From NCBI GenBank assembly GCA_051362555.1, contig CM120640.1, positions 47,718,788 to 47,782,787 on the forward strand: DNA of 64,000 bases, given 5' to 3'. Shown here piece after piece: positions 40,301-55,337 of this stretch (the stretch's first letter is position 1; every line of letters begins with the position of its first letter). Position numbers and translations under genes: made by a program. The stretch is from Lingula anatina (lineage: Eukaryota; Animalia; Brachiopoda). A model generated the notes under the pieces. It searched no databases. It was not told the DNA's origin and was given only the letters and a program-made list of their open reading frames with translations.

Positions 40301-43300
40301 CATGGCATAATTGTGAATTTCAACATACCAGCAAACATGGCAGTAGCCTCAGCATTCTCCTTTTCTCCAATTCCAGGCAGTCTGAGCAGAGGGAACTTAG
40401 ACAGCAGACTATCTTCTTTAATCACACCTCTACCAACACCACCAAGTCCAAACACAGCATGACCTTGATGCTGACCTTGAGGACTGTGCCTGGTCTCCTC
40501 CTGCAGGTTCTGTAGCTCTCTTAAGGCTCCGCCAAAAATTGCCCTGCTTTCTTTCTCCCTTTGCTTCAGGGACTTTGAGCCTGACCTTGACTCACCACCA
40601 ACCACCTGAGTGGGTGTAACTGTCTGTGAAGACTGCTCAGTTTTAGAGCCTGTGCCATATGTGTTTGAATCACTGCTCTTGGAACGGCTTCTCCTGCCTG
40701 CAGGTTGTGGAGTAGTCTGTGTGTTCACCTCAACCATATTTCCTGTCTCAACAGCTCCTGCTTCCCTGGATCTACTTTCAGTTCCAGACAAATGTGGTAC
40801 CTGGTGGGGCAGCTGCATGGTGGCTGTCTTCTGGTGCTGAGGAACCATGCCAATAGATGGTGCCACAGTCTGTCCTGTAGAAGGCACTGCACTCTGTGAG
40901 GAGACAACATCTATAGCTCCCATCATGGCTAGTAGACTAGACTGTTGAATCTGACAAGAAAAAATCATATCCTGAACATTTTTGTTCCATGCAACATATG
41001 GTCGATGCATAAAGTTCCTGTATTATAAAGCTTTTAAGTTATTTGAAATCCTAAGATAAGACTTGATATATATTTATATATATATTTCCTAAAAAAATTG
41101 TTAAAATTTGTGTTAGTACCTTATGTTTGATAATATGTTTCTCAATAACCATACCAAAGCTAAATCCAATGCACTTCCCATAAGCTTTCAAAACCCTGAG
41201 TCAATACCTCCATGATTCTCCTAAATTCTCCACGAACCACATTTTGCAGTTGTTGGACCAAATCAACATTCCCACTTAACTGCTGAGATGCATTCGTCAA
41301 CCCGACAAGTTGCTGGGTCCCAAGTGCTCCAATTTGCTGTTGATTTTCAATGTCTCCTCTCAGTGGCTGATCTGTGGGTTGAGGTACATTGGATTGTGAG
41401 GGTCTTGTTGTTGTAAGATCTTCAACAGCCAAAGTCTGTGATTTTCTAAAAATTGTACATTTTCAAAAACATTATTAAAACTGTGTCAGTCTATTACCAA
41501 AGTGTTTAATAATCAGCTGATATTAATGATTCAAAATCATACCAAACTAATGACCACAGCTTAAAAAAGTATTAAATACTGAAACCTCAGTCAACCTAAC
41601 ATACTGTGCAGTTCACGTTTCAAAATGCATACTCAGATTTCATGGTGCTGCCAACAACATCTACTTCATCCTCAGCTAAGGAGCTGACATCTAAGGTGCT
41701 GCTGTCATCCTCGGGTGCCCCATCTTCTGGTGTCCCTCTACAAGGAGAATAGAACTTACATCATGATAAAATATCCATTACATCATTCTTTGAAGTTACT
41801 GCTTCTCTTTATCATACTTGGATATTATTCCCATTGGGGGTAAAGTTCCATTTTACTAAAAAAACGTAATGGATTAAACATTATAAATTGTAACTGATAA
41901 CTTTGGATAACTTTTCTCTTTTATTCAACTTTTCATAATAAATAAGACATTTTAATCAATTCAATTACAATAATTTAATCAATTAAAATAAATCTGCATA
42001 TTTAGTAGAATAATTAAAAATGACTAAGATACCAATTAGAAATAGTAATAGAAATATTTACCCAGTTCGCTCCCTTGAGAATGACTCTGTCATATTTTGA
42101 AAGCTGAGCTTCTTGGCAGGTACTGGACCTGTTGTAGTAGACTCACTCTCAGGATCAAAAGAAACAACTTCATCCTGCTTAGTTAATGGTGGGGTGGGTT
42201 TCTTAGAAGCAGGCAACAAACTCTGCTGATTCCCTGACAGATCTGTTTTGAAAGGAGACACAGCTCCCCCTATTGGTGGGTAAGTGTTGGTCATGTATTT
42301 TTTGGCTAACTGTGGCGCATTACCAACTGAATCATATCCCGTTACCCAACTGACTCTGGGTTTAGATCTTTGCAAATGAGCATTCATTAAACTTGTAGCA
42401 TCTTGTGCTTTCCTTTTCTGCTCATTTGTCATTGCTTTCACATTAGGTGATGTCTTGCCTGGTTGATCTTTTGCAGAGATGAATGGTTTTTCTGGTTTTT
42501 GAATCCTTGTAGATGAAACGGTAAAATCTTGTCCATTCTTATTCCATTTCATTTCTGATATCTTGCCTTGCTTTCCTCCTTTCCTTGGTCTTTCTCCTTG
42601 TCTGACTTGAATCTGTTTGGAAACAACACTGTCATCTCTTTGTCCTGGTGCTTCTGGGTAATACTTGTTTTCCAATAGCCACAAAGAGTGTAGAATCATC
42701 TGTGGATGTACTTTGACCCTGACTGTAATTTTGGACTCAGACATGACATCTCCCATGATAGAAAAGGAATGGTGTTTTCCAGCCCACCTGGTCAGCCATT
42801 CCAGCAGTGGTGAAACTTTGGTATATGTCTCACTGTAGTTCAGCCTTGAGTGAAGAAACCACTTAAATCTTGGACTGGCTTGTGCCCTTGCTGACGAGGG
42901 AGTCACTGACCCAGATCTCGAGCTTGGTCTCAAATCAGACAAGCTCCTTCCTTGTTGGATTATAGGTGTCACTGGTGTTTGTCTGCCTGAACTTTTGCCA
43001 GTAAGGTCAGTAAGACTCCGACTCTTTCTTGGGTGCAGACCAGCAACTGCTTTACTCAAACCTTTAAAACTGACCTTCTGTTTATTCTTCACAACAGTAT
43101 TTGCTGAATCTGTGCCATGCTCTTGGCCAGAGCTGTCAAATCGTTTCTTAGTAATTGGAGTAACAATTGTGACTTTGTTTCCCTCTTGAGAGTGTCCACT
43201 GATATTAGTATGACTTTGGCTCCTAAACAGACCTCCTGAAGGTCTTTTGCTCGAGGAGGGTGTTGGCATTGACTGGTCATCCTTATCAACAGTATAAGCA

Positions 43301-45882
43301 GGAGGTGGACCAGTAGATGGAGAGGGAGACTCTGGTGGCTTGCTGTCACTGGCAGTTGAAGTAAACTGATGTTTTAACTGCAGGCTCAAAACTGCCTTGT
43401 GAGCCAGTGACCCTAATTCCTGCTTCCTTAGCTCGGAAGCAAATGGTGACAAAAGAGGACGCTGGTGCACTTCATCACTGTCTAATAACTTAGAGAAGGT
43501 TATTGCGTAGAATGTATCCAGGAAATCTATAAAAGCTTCCTCTCTCTCATGAGGTCTTGAGCCAATCACAGTGGCATCCTTGCCCATTGCATTCTCATCT
43601 TCAACAAAACTGACAAATTCATCATAAGCACCCAGGAGTTTCTTTTTCCTTTCAAGCACCCTCTCATAATGGTTGACTTGCTTATGGTAGTAAGTTGATA
43701 ATGTTTTTCCTTTGGGAGACTTCCCTAACAAATTACTCCTTTCCTTAATGATAGAGGGAGTACTGTCTAAGAAAATCCCCTGCCATTCTTTTAATGTTCT
43801 TTCCACTTTATCCTGCAGCTCTGGATCAAAATCATCCAGGTGGCGAAAATGTTCTGCCAAAATGTCTGCCACATCCTGTGTTGGTTGAAGCTCCTTTAGC
43901 ACAGAGAGAACAATATCATAGATGTCACTCTCATTCTGCAAGAAGTGACTGAATGGAAGCATGTGCAGAGCCCAGTTCAGACTGACAGTGCACTGGTTCA
44001 ACCAGTCTGTCTCCTCCATCAGGCGTCCAGTCTAATAGGATAAGAATTAAAATCAAACAAATTCTATTTTCTATTTTACAATAAAATATCAGATCTAATG
44101 GATACATAGTGCCTGTTTAAATACTGCCTGTTTGACAAGTCTGAATATTTGATACAGATAACCATGGTATTTTTGATACATTTCTGATACTTATGTCCTA
44201 AATAACATTCACTGCATACAGATCTTTCTTTACTGACATTTAGAGGTACTCTAAGAATACCATGTCCTCTATATCAGCTAATTTCATACCTGCAAGTATT
44301 CCTTGCTACAAAGCACATCATAATCCTTTCTTAGAGCTACAGAGAGTTTTTCTCTTACATGAAGTAGCCAGACCAAGCCGCAAAAGTCCCTAAAACAAGT
44401 TAGGGTGTGGAGTGTTGACCAATGGTCAGTGTGGCCATCAATAACTGAGACAAGGCTCTGGAAGGTGGTCAGGGTGTCTGGCAGTGTGACCAGGGTGTCC
44501 TTCCTTTCACCCTGGAATCATGGGAAGAGAAGACATTATTTAGAAAATGGTAGAAAGGTGACACTCTAAAATCTGATTTATTTTCAGAGATGACAAGATG
44601 ATTCACAATGAATGAATTAAATTTTGCTACTTCTGATGGGTTTAAAAAAACCCAGTGATGAGTTTCACAATTTACTGAAATTTATCAGCTTATGTTTAAA
44701 TTGTCAAGGGTGGTATACTGTATACAGCTACGAGAAGGACAAATGTATGAATGGTAACATCTCTCAAGCCCACACGCAAGCACACACACGCACGCACACA
44801 CACACACAGGTTTGCAGAGGAATAAGAAATCAGATAAATGTTAGTCCTCTACCTTGATTAAGATATCCTGTATAGGTGCCAGCTCCTTCACATACCACAC
44901 AGCAGCAGGTAGGGCAGTGTGGGAGGCCCTCATCACAACTGTGATCAGCTGGATTAAACTGGAGGTCTCTTTTCTCCTGATCATCTCCTCTCGGACTTCT
45001 TCAGACCATTCCTCCTTGAAACAACCAATTTTACAAGAATAATTACCAAATGCAATATTTCCATTTTTATGAAAATGAAAATGAGAAGAAGAGATTCTGC
45101 ACAAACATTTATCACTATACAACTTGTACATTGTAAATATTATTAATGTTATATACGATGGGCACCATCTGGTGGGGAAACAGTTATATGTTATATGTCC
45201 AAAAGCCTGAATACCACATTCACAATTTTAACAGTCCATTTTATACAAATCAGTATCCTTATCACAAGTTAAATTATTTGTGAATGAGTTCCCAACATTG
45301 TATTCTTGTCTACCTACCTCAGAGGTTACTGCTGGCTGTGGACAGTACAGAGGTGGGGCAGGCAGATACACACCCTGGGGAACCAAGGTGGGGAAACTGG
45401 CTACAGCCACCTTGAGCCTGTCCAGCAGACAGCCCAGTAGCCAGGGTGTGATGTCCACTTTGGCCAGAGCTCCGGCCATCAGGAGATCATTCATGGTCCG
45501 GGTCAGCTGGTCCAGGTTGGTCTCGTCATCTATCTGTAGAGAGGCTACAATGGGGAAATGGGTGTGTAAGTTATTTTCTGAATGAAACTGGTGTTTAAGG
45601 AGGTCCAAGTAATACACAGCGAATCTACCACATCAACATTAATCAAGTTTGTATCTCTGGAGTACAGCTACTCACCCACAGATGGAGTTTTCTGCAGGGA
45701 AGCAGGCTCCTCAGAATTTTCACCTCTCTTGTCACAAGCCTCCCTGACTGGTCTAAGCAGCTTCCTGAACATTGCTTTCATGATAGACATGGGTTTCAGG
45801 TCAACAGGGAGACCCAGGATCAGACCAGCTCTGGAAGAATTGAAAGTGGTGGATGTTAATTACAGGATCAAGATACTAGAAA

Positions 45883-45919
<37 letters not shown>

Positions 45920-47708
45920 AAGTTTCAACTTCATTAAATTCAGAAATGTTATAAACAGATGTGGTGCCCTTTTAAGGCTTTTACATACACATACAAAATA
46001 CTGAAGATACACACCTCACATTAACATCTGGCTTTATCTTCCTGAAAATGCTGCAGGCCACAGAGAGTACAAAGGCTGTCTTCCAGTCCCCCATCTTACT
46101 GGCAAACCACACAGCCTCTGCCAGTGAGCCACACAGTAACAGGTACTCCATGGCCCACTCTGGCGTGAACACAGAGCTCAGGGACTGCAGTTTTATCAGA
46201 TCAGTAATCTGTCGTTTTTCTATGGTCAGCTGCCTGCAGTGGCCATTTTCTGAAAGTAAATCCCGACAAAGGCGTTAAAACCATCGCACATGGAATGAGA
46301 CTCACTTATTCAAATGAGATTCACTTATATTGGCAATAATTTTGACAACAGGTTCAGCATCTTTTTGAATTTGCTACCACATGCTGTTGGTAATCTGAAT
46401 ATCATATTTAGGTTAACATCAACTAAGACTCACTGTAAAATTCCTGAGATTCCTGTAAGTGGAGGTATGGCAGTGGCTGTGGAGAGTGGGGAGGGAACAC
46501 ATAGGGGGCACCATTGGTGAAGTAAGCTGCCATGAACCTGGCAAGAGACAGCACCACACTGCGGCATCCACTGGTACCAATAAACGGTATCTCCTCACCA
46601 GCAGCTGGGTCCTGATAGGAACGAGTGATAATTATTACCACAAATAAACATGATGAAAAAGTTTATATACAATTCATGACATCTTGTAAAGTGCTATTTA
46701 AAAAGGCTATTTCAATTATACTTGATAAATTCAATCAAAACATTTATGACATCAACTTTAGCTACATAACACAATGCCTATGTGAAAAGTGCAAAAATTG
46801 TACAAAAATATTCCAATCGTTCTATTTATTATTTTATTCTTTGTCCTCATTATATATCACTTGCGAACATGTTACCTGAGAAATGTGATCTGGCAAAGTA
46901 GAGCTTTGAATGGCACCAAATTCTTCCAGTCCCCTGGCATACCTGACACAACCCTCAGCCTGCTCCAGGGCTGATGACAGATCTCCTTTCAGAACAGTGG
47001 TAAACAGAATGGCTAACTGCAGTCTGGTGGGATGGGGACCTGGGATGTTATTGGTATCTAGAAAAGTTTTTCAAAAAATTTAAAAATGACAATAGCAGGA
47101 GTACAGTGCACACTGTATCATCCAGTTTTTAGGTTTAAACTTTTCGCTTTTAATTTGTTACAGCACAGTCTTACTTATGATTACTTTCGTGGATAATACA
47201 AACAAAGCATACAGTTTCATTAATAAACCATATTTTTTTTCATTTAGTTTTTTTAAGTAATACTAGAGTAACAACAACAAAGAAACAAGGCAGCAAAGCT
47301 GTCAAATGTACAGACAAAGAACAGAAAATAAAGATGCAAATAAGTGAAAAATTAAATTTTCACAAAAAACGGTTAAATTGCCAGAAAAATTTACCAAACA
47401 GACTGCGTTGCCTATTGAAGCTGTATGTTAGACCCATGTTTCTTTCCTGTCAGTTTGAGAACAGTAAGTGACATGATTTCCCTTAAATGGTCATCATAGG
47501 AGCAGTGCCCAAAATAGGGGTTTCTTCAAATTTTGATGCAACATTACATAATGTTTAACAGCATAATGACAATCAAATGTTATTAATAAAATATTAGTAA
47601 CATGGACATTCAGAAAATGTGACAAGCAAAAGTCTTCAAGATCATGGAACTTTAAAGTCACACCTTGAAAATGCCAATATGTGAAAAATTAAATTTTCAC
47701 AAAAAACT

Positions 47709-47739
<31 letters not shown>

Positions 47740-50700
47740 CAAACAGACTGCATTGCCTACTGAAGCTGTATTTTAGTCCCATGTTTCTATCCTGTAAGTT
47801 TGAAAACAGTAAGTGACATGATTTTCCTTAAATGGTCATCATGGAAGCAGTGTCCAAAATGGGGGTTTCTTCAAATTTTGATGCAATATTACATAATGTT
47901 TAACAGCTTAATGACCATAAATTTTTAATTATAAAATATTTGTATCACAGATATTCAGAAAATGTGACTAGCAAAGGTCTTCAGGCCCATGGAACTTCAA
48001 AGTCACGCCTTGATAATGCCAAAATGTAAACAAGACAGCACTGTTCTGAAATGGGTTTATTTCCATTTTTAACACTTTTTTAACATAAAACAAAATAAAC
48101 ATTTTACTGCCATTTTTATATGTCCAACTAAGAAAATTGATGAGATGGGAAAAGTATCAATAGAACAGTGTTAAATGTCCAATTTCCTCCATTCTGAGAT
48201 TCTGAACATAGTGGATGATTGAATCTGACAAACTGCAATGATATGAGTTTATTTCCATTTTTGACACTTTATTACACAATACATGATAACAAGTTTACCA
48301 TGTTTTTTACATAATCAACTAACAATGTTGTAAAGATGCAGGAAATATCAAACAAACACTTTTAGGCATCTTATTAGTTAAATAATGAGACTGTTAACAT
48401 GCCTAATAATTGAATCTGAGGAAATGTGAAAAAACAGTATAACTTCTTAAGTAATGGCCCGATTATGCTTATTTTCGAACTCAACCTGTGTTTTAGTAAG
48501 ATTGACCACTCCTGTGAGTATAATTACAATTGGCCAATCCGTTTTTCTTATATTGTGTTATCAGTGTTGCATTTATATTGAAAATAGTGAAAAAACAGCA
48601 TAAATTACCTAAAAGTGACCCGATCATGCTGATTTTCAAACTTGACCTGCGTATTATGAATATTCATCAGTTTTGTAAGTTTCAAGTCAAAAGGTAAAAT
48701 GGTTTTCCACTTATCGTGTTATCGGTGCTGCATATATGCTGAAAAAAGTGAAAAAACAGCATAAATTCCCTAAAAGTGACCCGATCATGCTGATTTTCGA
48801 ACTTGACCTGCGTATTATGAATATTCATCAGTTCTGTAAGTTTCAAGTCAAAAGGTAAAATGGTTTTCCACTTATCGTGTTATCGGTGCTGCATACATGC
48901 TGAAAAAAGTGAAAAAACAGCATAAATTCCCTAAAAGTAACCCGATCATGCTGATTTTCGAACTTGACCTGCGTATTATGAATATTCATCAGTTCTGTAA
49001 GTTTCAAGTCAAAAGGTAAAATGGTTTTCCACTTATCGTGTTATTGGTGCTGCATATATGCTGAAAAAAGTGAAAAAACAGCATAAATTCCCTAAAAGTC
49101 ACCCGATCATGCTGATTTTCGAACTTGACCTGCGTATTATGAATATTCATCAGTTTTGCAAGTTTCAAGTCAAAAGGTAAAATGGTTTTCCACTTATCGT
49201 GTTATCGGTAAAAGTGCACGGCGACGGCGACGGCGACGACAGCGACGACGGCGACGACAGACGCAGATGATGGCTATATGTACAGACACATCTGTGTCTG
49301 TACATAAAAACATTAGAACCCTCTGTCTTGATGATTCAATGCTCTAGTTTTTTTTTTTTTTTTTGGGAAACTTAAAAGGATAGCTTAATTTATGCCTCAT
49401 ATTAAGCTGTGCTACACTATCTGAACCTTTCAATAGCATTTCATGTGTCTTTGCAGCAGCAACCAAAATGTATATTTGTGTGACAATTAATCTCAATACT
49501 CACCCTCCAGGCCAGCAAGCTGCACTTCCCACTTTTCCAGAGCCTGCTCATGAGCACCCACAATACTCAGCTTGTCCCCTACACAACAAGAACATGGCAC
49601 TTTTATACACATGTACAGTAATACAGATGCAGAATGACAAAATCACCAACAATCCCAAACTGTTATCAGCTCAAAAGAAAATACCCACTTGTTCTTTGGT
49701 TTCCCTTTAATTTTTAAAAGTCAGACTAGACAAAAAATGCTTCTAATTATTCAGTCCATCTTTTTAAGTTAACCAAGAATAAATTTTTCACACCCTCTTG
49801 GACTTTTCTTCTGTGTTTATGCATTTCACATGACCCGTTCCATGCTTGCAACAGCCTCTGGGCAGTGCACACAAGTTGCTTGGCTTTGCGTATCTCTGAT
49901 GCCTTGGCATTCGATGAGATCAGGGAAGACAAATGCTTAGCAATATGCTTGAGTAGTTTCTTCAAAGTAGGACTCAATCTGAAATTAGAGGGTAATCAAC
50001 CATTAATGTGTACTCTATTACTGGACATTACGCTCAAAGATATGGAGAATATTCAGGCAATAAGTTGCTTTTGCAGCAAGAAAATTAAGAAAGAGTATAA
50101 TCTTATTTGACTCCAAATGATAAGGAGGTATCACTTTAAATAACAAAGGTAGATGGGTGAAAAAAGTAACACTCAAACACAACAATAAACAGATGAAACT
50201 CATCATTTGACTGGCATTGATATCTAACAAATACCTCCTAGAGGGTCCATTTGTGATCTGCTTCAATGGCTGAAAGACAACAACAGGCATGTTTCTCTCT
50301 CCATCTTCTTCTAATGTTAGCGAAGGGGCTTCTTTCCCTTTCTTTTTTTCTCTAGTTTGAGATCTCCCACCATCTTCCTCAGCTAAAGGTTGAACCACCA
50401 TTTTGTCACCTCCATCCCCTTCCTTTGCTGGTGGATTTTCCGATGCTTCACCCTCCACCACTTCCACCTCACTGAACCCTTCTAACCTGTATCCTCTCCT
50501 TCTCCTACCAACCATCACAGCAGGTTCAACAACATGGGTGCAACAAGCCTGCTGGAAGAAATTTGTTCCATTTGATCTTTCATGTCGACACGGCAGCCAT
50601 GTGTAAACTTTGTCCAGCACAGTCCGAGCGGTCATCACAATGGCCAAAGCACACCTTATGAGATCTCCCTTATTAGCACCACTGTCTAAACTTTCAGTGG

Positions 50701-53700
50701 AATGCAAGACACAGTGGACAACTCTTTGGACAAAACGTAAAGAACATGGTATCAGGTTCTGACTCAATGTATCAAAGCTAAGCACTGCCAGAACTTTTCT
50801 AACAATCTGCAGAATTCTGAGTAGTCTGGGGTTTAGTTTCCCATCTGATACCTGGGCCCCAGGTCTTGACTTGGCACTGAGACTAGCCTCTGGTGGACTT
50901 TTCAAGATAGCTGAGATCAGTTTGACTATATTCAGCAGTGTGCTGAAAGCAGTACGCTCTAGTTCTACAGTCCAGGTGTGGTTACATGACACAATCAAAT
51001 TCCATGCAGACAGCAGTGCCACCTGTGCTCCATCTACAGCTTGCTGCGTCATGGCAACTGGGTCAAGGGTCAACATGGCCATGCTCTCTGATGTTGCATT
51101 AAAAGCATCCTGTTCAGCAAATATAACTTTTCCAGATTCCATGTTCAGTGCTGGACCAAATGGAGTAAGTTTTCCTGTGTTACCATCCAAGCTGGCTTCA
51201 CTCCCCAATGTAGTGTTTAGAGTACCTTCAAGCTCTTCCAGTTGGAACTTATTTTTGTTTCTGATAGCTGCTGGGGTGCTGGTGGCCTTTATGGCAAGAC
51301 CTAGTTGCTTCCATTTCTTAGATTTTGACCTGACGGTATCCTGAGATCATATTAAAAGAAGAATGTTTTTTTAAATAATGTTGATCTATGACATAAACAT
51401 CTCTTTTAATAGTAGTTCTGTTGAAACACTCTCAATAATTATTAAAGCCAATGTGATAAGCATTTACCAAATTTTCTTATACATTCATTGTTTCAGTTCA
51501 AAATCTGAATCAATTATCTTTCAGAGCTGGAATTGAAAATGTAAATCAATTGACAAAAGACAATACATATTATACACATCAGCAGTAAATTCTACTACAA
51601 ACAATACCTTCAAAGTAAGATTCATAGTCCCCCCTAGTGTTAATTGCATATTCTGTTGTTCCTTGATTTTCCTCAACTGCTGGTTGGACTCCTTCAAGAA
51701 ACCCTTCACCACGCGGACATAGGACTGTTCTGGAAGTTCTACACTGTCACTCTGGACATTGTCTGCCAGCTGCAGGACTGTCACAAGGTAGCCATCAGAG
51801 CAAAGAAAGACAGGAAATCTTGGATGGATGGCCACAGAAAACCTCTGCCTCATGAGGTCTTTGTCAGAACGCACAGAATCTTGTGATTCTGAAGGATTCA
51901 CATTTTCCTGCTGGCGCGTTGGGCTAGAAAAAAAAGAAAGATGTGACAAGTATGAAAATACATTCCTCTAGACAAAAATCCTGAAAGGACTCATTTGAAT
52001 GATTAAATAACTTTTTACGAAAGTGTATAATGCACACTTATATTTTTCTGCAGTTTTTCAGTTTAAATGTTTAACTTAAACAACAAATCCAAGCCCGTAA
52101 TTTTTATCAACCACAAATCATACTGCTTTGACAGAACACATTCTTTTCTTTTTTTAAAGATCTCATACCTGATAGAAATCAAAGGATGCAGTGGCAGAAA
52201 CTGTGCAGGTCCCATTTCCACAGAGCAGCCACTGGTCTGCAGGTGGACAGGCTCTCCCAGCCGACTCAATACACACAGGAATCCTTGCTTGGTCATACAG
52301 ACCACAAACAGGTCATCTGATGTCCACTTCAGGTCACAAATCCAGTAAGACCTGCAGTTAAAATTTAAGAAGGAACAAAATTTGAATAATAAACGAGTTT
52401 AGTTAATTAGACCCAACTCCTCAAGACATGTCAAATCAACAAATAAATCTATTCTGCATACAGACATGCAAAATCTTTAAAACAAAGTATTAGGTTCTAT
52501 TTCTCCTTCAATCAAAATCAATAGTTTCTCCTTCAATCATTCTTGTATAAGGGTATACGCTACTCAAGAGATTCATATATTCATACTACTCATACAGATA
52601 CATAACTAACCTATAGATTTGGTGGATCATCTTAAAATTTCAAAATCACTGACAGCTACTCCTTTATACGTAGAAATGATCATATACATGTCCAAAATAT
52701 AGAAAAACTTAAAAATTTAAAAAGCACAAAAAATGTCCACACCTTCCTTCCCTGTGAGCTCTAGCTCCACATCCCTCCATATCTGTTGCTATAACAGTGT
52801 CTGTCAATGGAGAGACAAACAATATCTTTGTGTCATGTGACCTCTTTTGATTGACAGCCACAGCAAGCACATGACCGCCATGTGACAGACATGCAAGAAC
52901 AGCACCTTTGGACCTGATTGCTTTGCACCTTGGACCAAGATCTGACCATGGGATCTGAAGCATGGTCCATTGCACAGAGTAAGTAGGCTGCCTGTAAAAC
53001 AAGTTTTGCCATGAAATGCAAGTCATATATGATGCGCGTGCAAAACATTTTCAACCACTTTCTTAAATTCTGTCAAAAGTATCATCATGTAAATTTATTT
53101 CCAGATACATGTGCAAAATAGAAATAACAGATATTTTCTCTGATCTCTTTAAAGAAATAATCAAACAAACATTTCAAAACAAAAAATCCAAAATGCAAAA
53201 TATCAATTGATACAGAATGATATTATAGTATAATTGCCTTAACTGCCACTATTACATACCCCAGAGTGTAAATGTTTGCCTGTTCAAACCATCTAAATAG
53301 CACTGTGGTGATGATCAGCATGCCATGGTCAGTAAAGGCAAATGAACACTGTAGGCAGTCACCAATAACCTAAATATAAAACCCTTTTTTTTTTCAAAAA
53401 AAATTTAATGTGCAAGTGCAACCAGTACGTATTGTGTCATCTGTGTACTTCTTATCAGGATGATTCCCCATCTCATTAAGATTAACCATTAACATCAAGT
53501 TTTAAATGGAAGTTAAATCAAGTTTTAATTTATACCGACCATTTTAAATTTCAATAAAAAACTGGAAATAAAATGACCAAAGTAGACTCTTGCCTGCATA
53601 TAACAAATTTCATCACGTTTAAGATGATCAATGCACATTTATTATTCTTTTGGAAGACTGAAACTCTACTGGCAAAGGTGAATCCAGCATGACAACTGTT

Positions 53701-55337
53701 GCAGAAAAGCGGATTATAACAGTCATTTCAAAACAAAATAATGCCTTTGGAGTTTCCTATAAAAATGACAACCTATTTTGTTATACTGCAATAGCACAAA
53801 GAAAGTGCCTGATTTGAAAAACATTAACAAAACATATTAAGACAAATGTATACTTCAAAAATCACCAAATGCATACCTGATGCTGATAAAACACTGCACT
53901 GATACTGGTCTCCTTGCATTGGACCATGGGTAATTCTACGGTGTCACTGTGTTGTATACAAGACCATGTGCCCTGGACATCTGCCTGTCTGGGAGCAAAT
54001 ACATTTTGCTTAGGGTTCAACTCCCATAAAAACAGGGAACTCCTGCCAATTACAACCAGTATTCTTCTAGCATCATTGGAAATAAAGATGGATGGTTTTA
54101 TGGAGGCTGAAAATATTATAAGAACATTTTTGTGTTAAACTTTTTACCTCTTTTATGTCCCACTTTTACTAATATAACATTGTAACATCAAAATAACAAA
54201 ATTGGCAATGACACAAAGTTAAAAAACTTATAAGCAACTTTTATTAAATTATCTTACATAATAAATTGGCTAAACATTATTTGTCTGTTATCTAATTCCT
54301 TTTCAATTAATTGTTTCCTGAGAATTATGTAACATCAAATTAACAACTGAAAATAATTTCTAACACTATAGCAGTCACAAATAAAATATAAATTATAACA
54401 ATTCCAAAAAAAAATACTTACTTTCCCCATTCCCTTGGTTGACTAGATCTGGGACACCATGGACAATCTTCAACAAAGCCTTGTCTTTGTGCCACAAGAA
54501 CACATCTCCAGATTTTAGCAAACCAACCAGAAAATGGCCTGAAATAGAAAACAAATTCATATTTTAATAAAATTTCAAAAATAACAATCATAGGAATTAT
54601 CTAAGATAACTATCTGCTGGGTTTTCATTTAAAAACATGATACTAGGTCACTTTTTGCAAATATGTGTGTCTGCTAGAACTCCATTAACCATGAAAATTA
54701 TTACATTTTCCATATAATATTATAAGCATGAATATATCAACTGACAAAGTTTTAAAGCTAATACAAAAGCATTTAAGAAAATAGATTCATCCAACCATAT
54801 CATCATAACATTTACCATTATCTGAATGGTTGAGAGCACTTGTATCCTCTAGCAGTTGATGTAATTTTGGGACTTTCTTCTTGGTTTTCCCTGATGGTAA
54901 AAACAGCACACTGGCTCTGTGTGTATCAAGCAGAAACAAACTAGCACTGCTCTGAAATCAAAGTTTTTAAATGCAAATTATTAATGGTGTAAATGTTTCA
55001 CTCTTATTTTCCTGCCATATTTAGACTTTTGTATCATACCTTTACTGTGCAAGTTCTGCACAAATAGCAACCAGCAAACAGGTCATGTAATTCTTTATCA
55101 ATGAAATGTAACGGTTACCATCAATTGTTAATTTTATACAAAATAACATTCGATAGTAAAAAGAGTCAAAGCTCAAAGCCAAAGATTTATTCCAATTCTG
55201 ATACATAAAGGTACAAGACAGGGTTAAATGAATCAGTAACAGTAACATGTACTTACCTCCCCCAGCCAGGCAAACCTTGGCCATGGTTTCTTTCTTTTGA
55301 TGGCAGTGGATGCCAAAACTTCTAATTCCAATTTCAT
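26198..55337 (-). CDS. CPLANE1: Ciliogenesis and planar polarity effector 1 (C5orf42/JBTS17) orthologue, large multi-exon gene
   Basis: Exon 55337-55257 MKLELEVLASTAIKRKKPWPRFAWLGE matches the vertebrate N-terminus as I recall it (MEIRLEILTSTGIKQKKPWPRVSWLG). Further exons checked: 54951-54816, 54538-54422, 54106-53877, 53369-53260, 52991-52743, 52351-52169 (RSYWICDLKWT...CSVEMGPAQFLPLHPLISIR). Also RFSVAIHPRFPVFLCSDGY, SLARFMAAYFTN, EAVWFASKMGDWK, 34154-33993 LTGVSGVSDIIGELL...EELGL, VSPWSV and C-terminal SGSIMSVIDWDQV. Not every internal exon boundary was resolved. Confidence 0.95.
34195..34932 (+). mobile_element. Degenerate 5'-truncated non-LTR retrotransposon (RT C-terminal region, Rex1/Babar- or L2-like), antisense in CPLANE1 intron
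   Basis: Broken translation: VVRWCKSNDLILNV.EIKEMIVDLRR...F.YLGI.LNSKLNW...KKAR*RLYFLRSLK...YYRCVIESILT..TIWY...SKIIG..LP...FTFLPS, with stops and frameshifts. Ends AATAAA + (TCTTA)n tail at about 34912-34932. Confidence 0.85.
47284..49310 (+). mobile_element. Non-autonomous Helentron-type element (HINE / CvA / DINE-1-like) carrying tandem repeats, in CPLANE1 intron
   Basis: 5' AACAAG + short hairpin GCAGCAAAGCTGT + subterminal ATGTACAGACA (47306-47316). 3' (GACGGC/GAC)n microsatellite at about 49218-49263, then a 14-bp stem TATGTACAGACACA-tc-TGTGTCTGTACATA (49277-49306) and an A-run. Confidence 0.85.
48426..49210. repeat. Tandem array of about 5 x 161-bp satellite-like monomers inside the HINE
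   Basis: The CCCGATCATGCTGATTTTC register recurs at about 48456, 48617, 48778, 48939 and 49100 (period 161). The first copy is diverged and the later ones are near-identical. Confidence 0.92.

Noticed and set aside
48426-49210. CRISPR-like array (also 61497-62345)
   Set aside because: Units are contiguous tandem copies with no unique spacers, there are no cas genes, and the context is eukaryotic.
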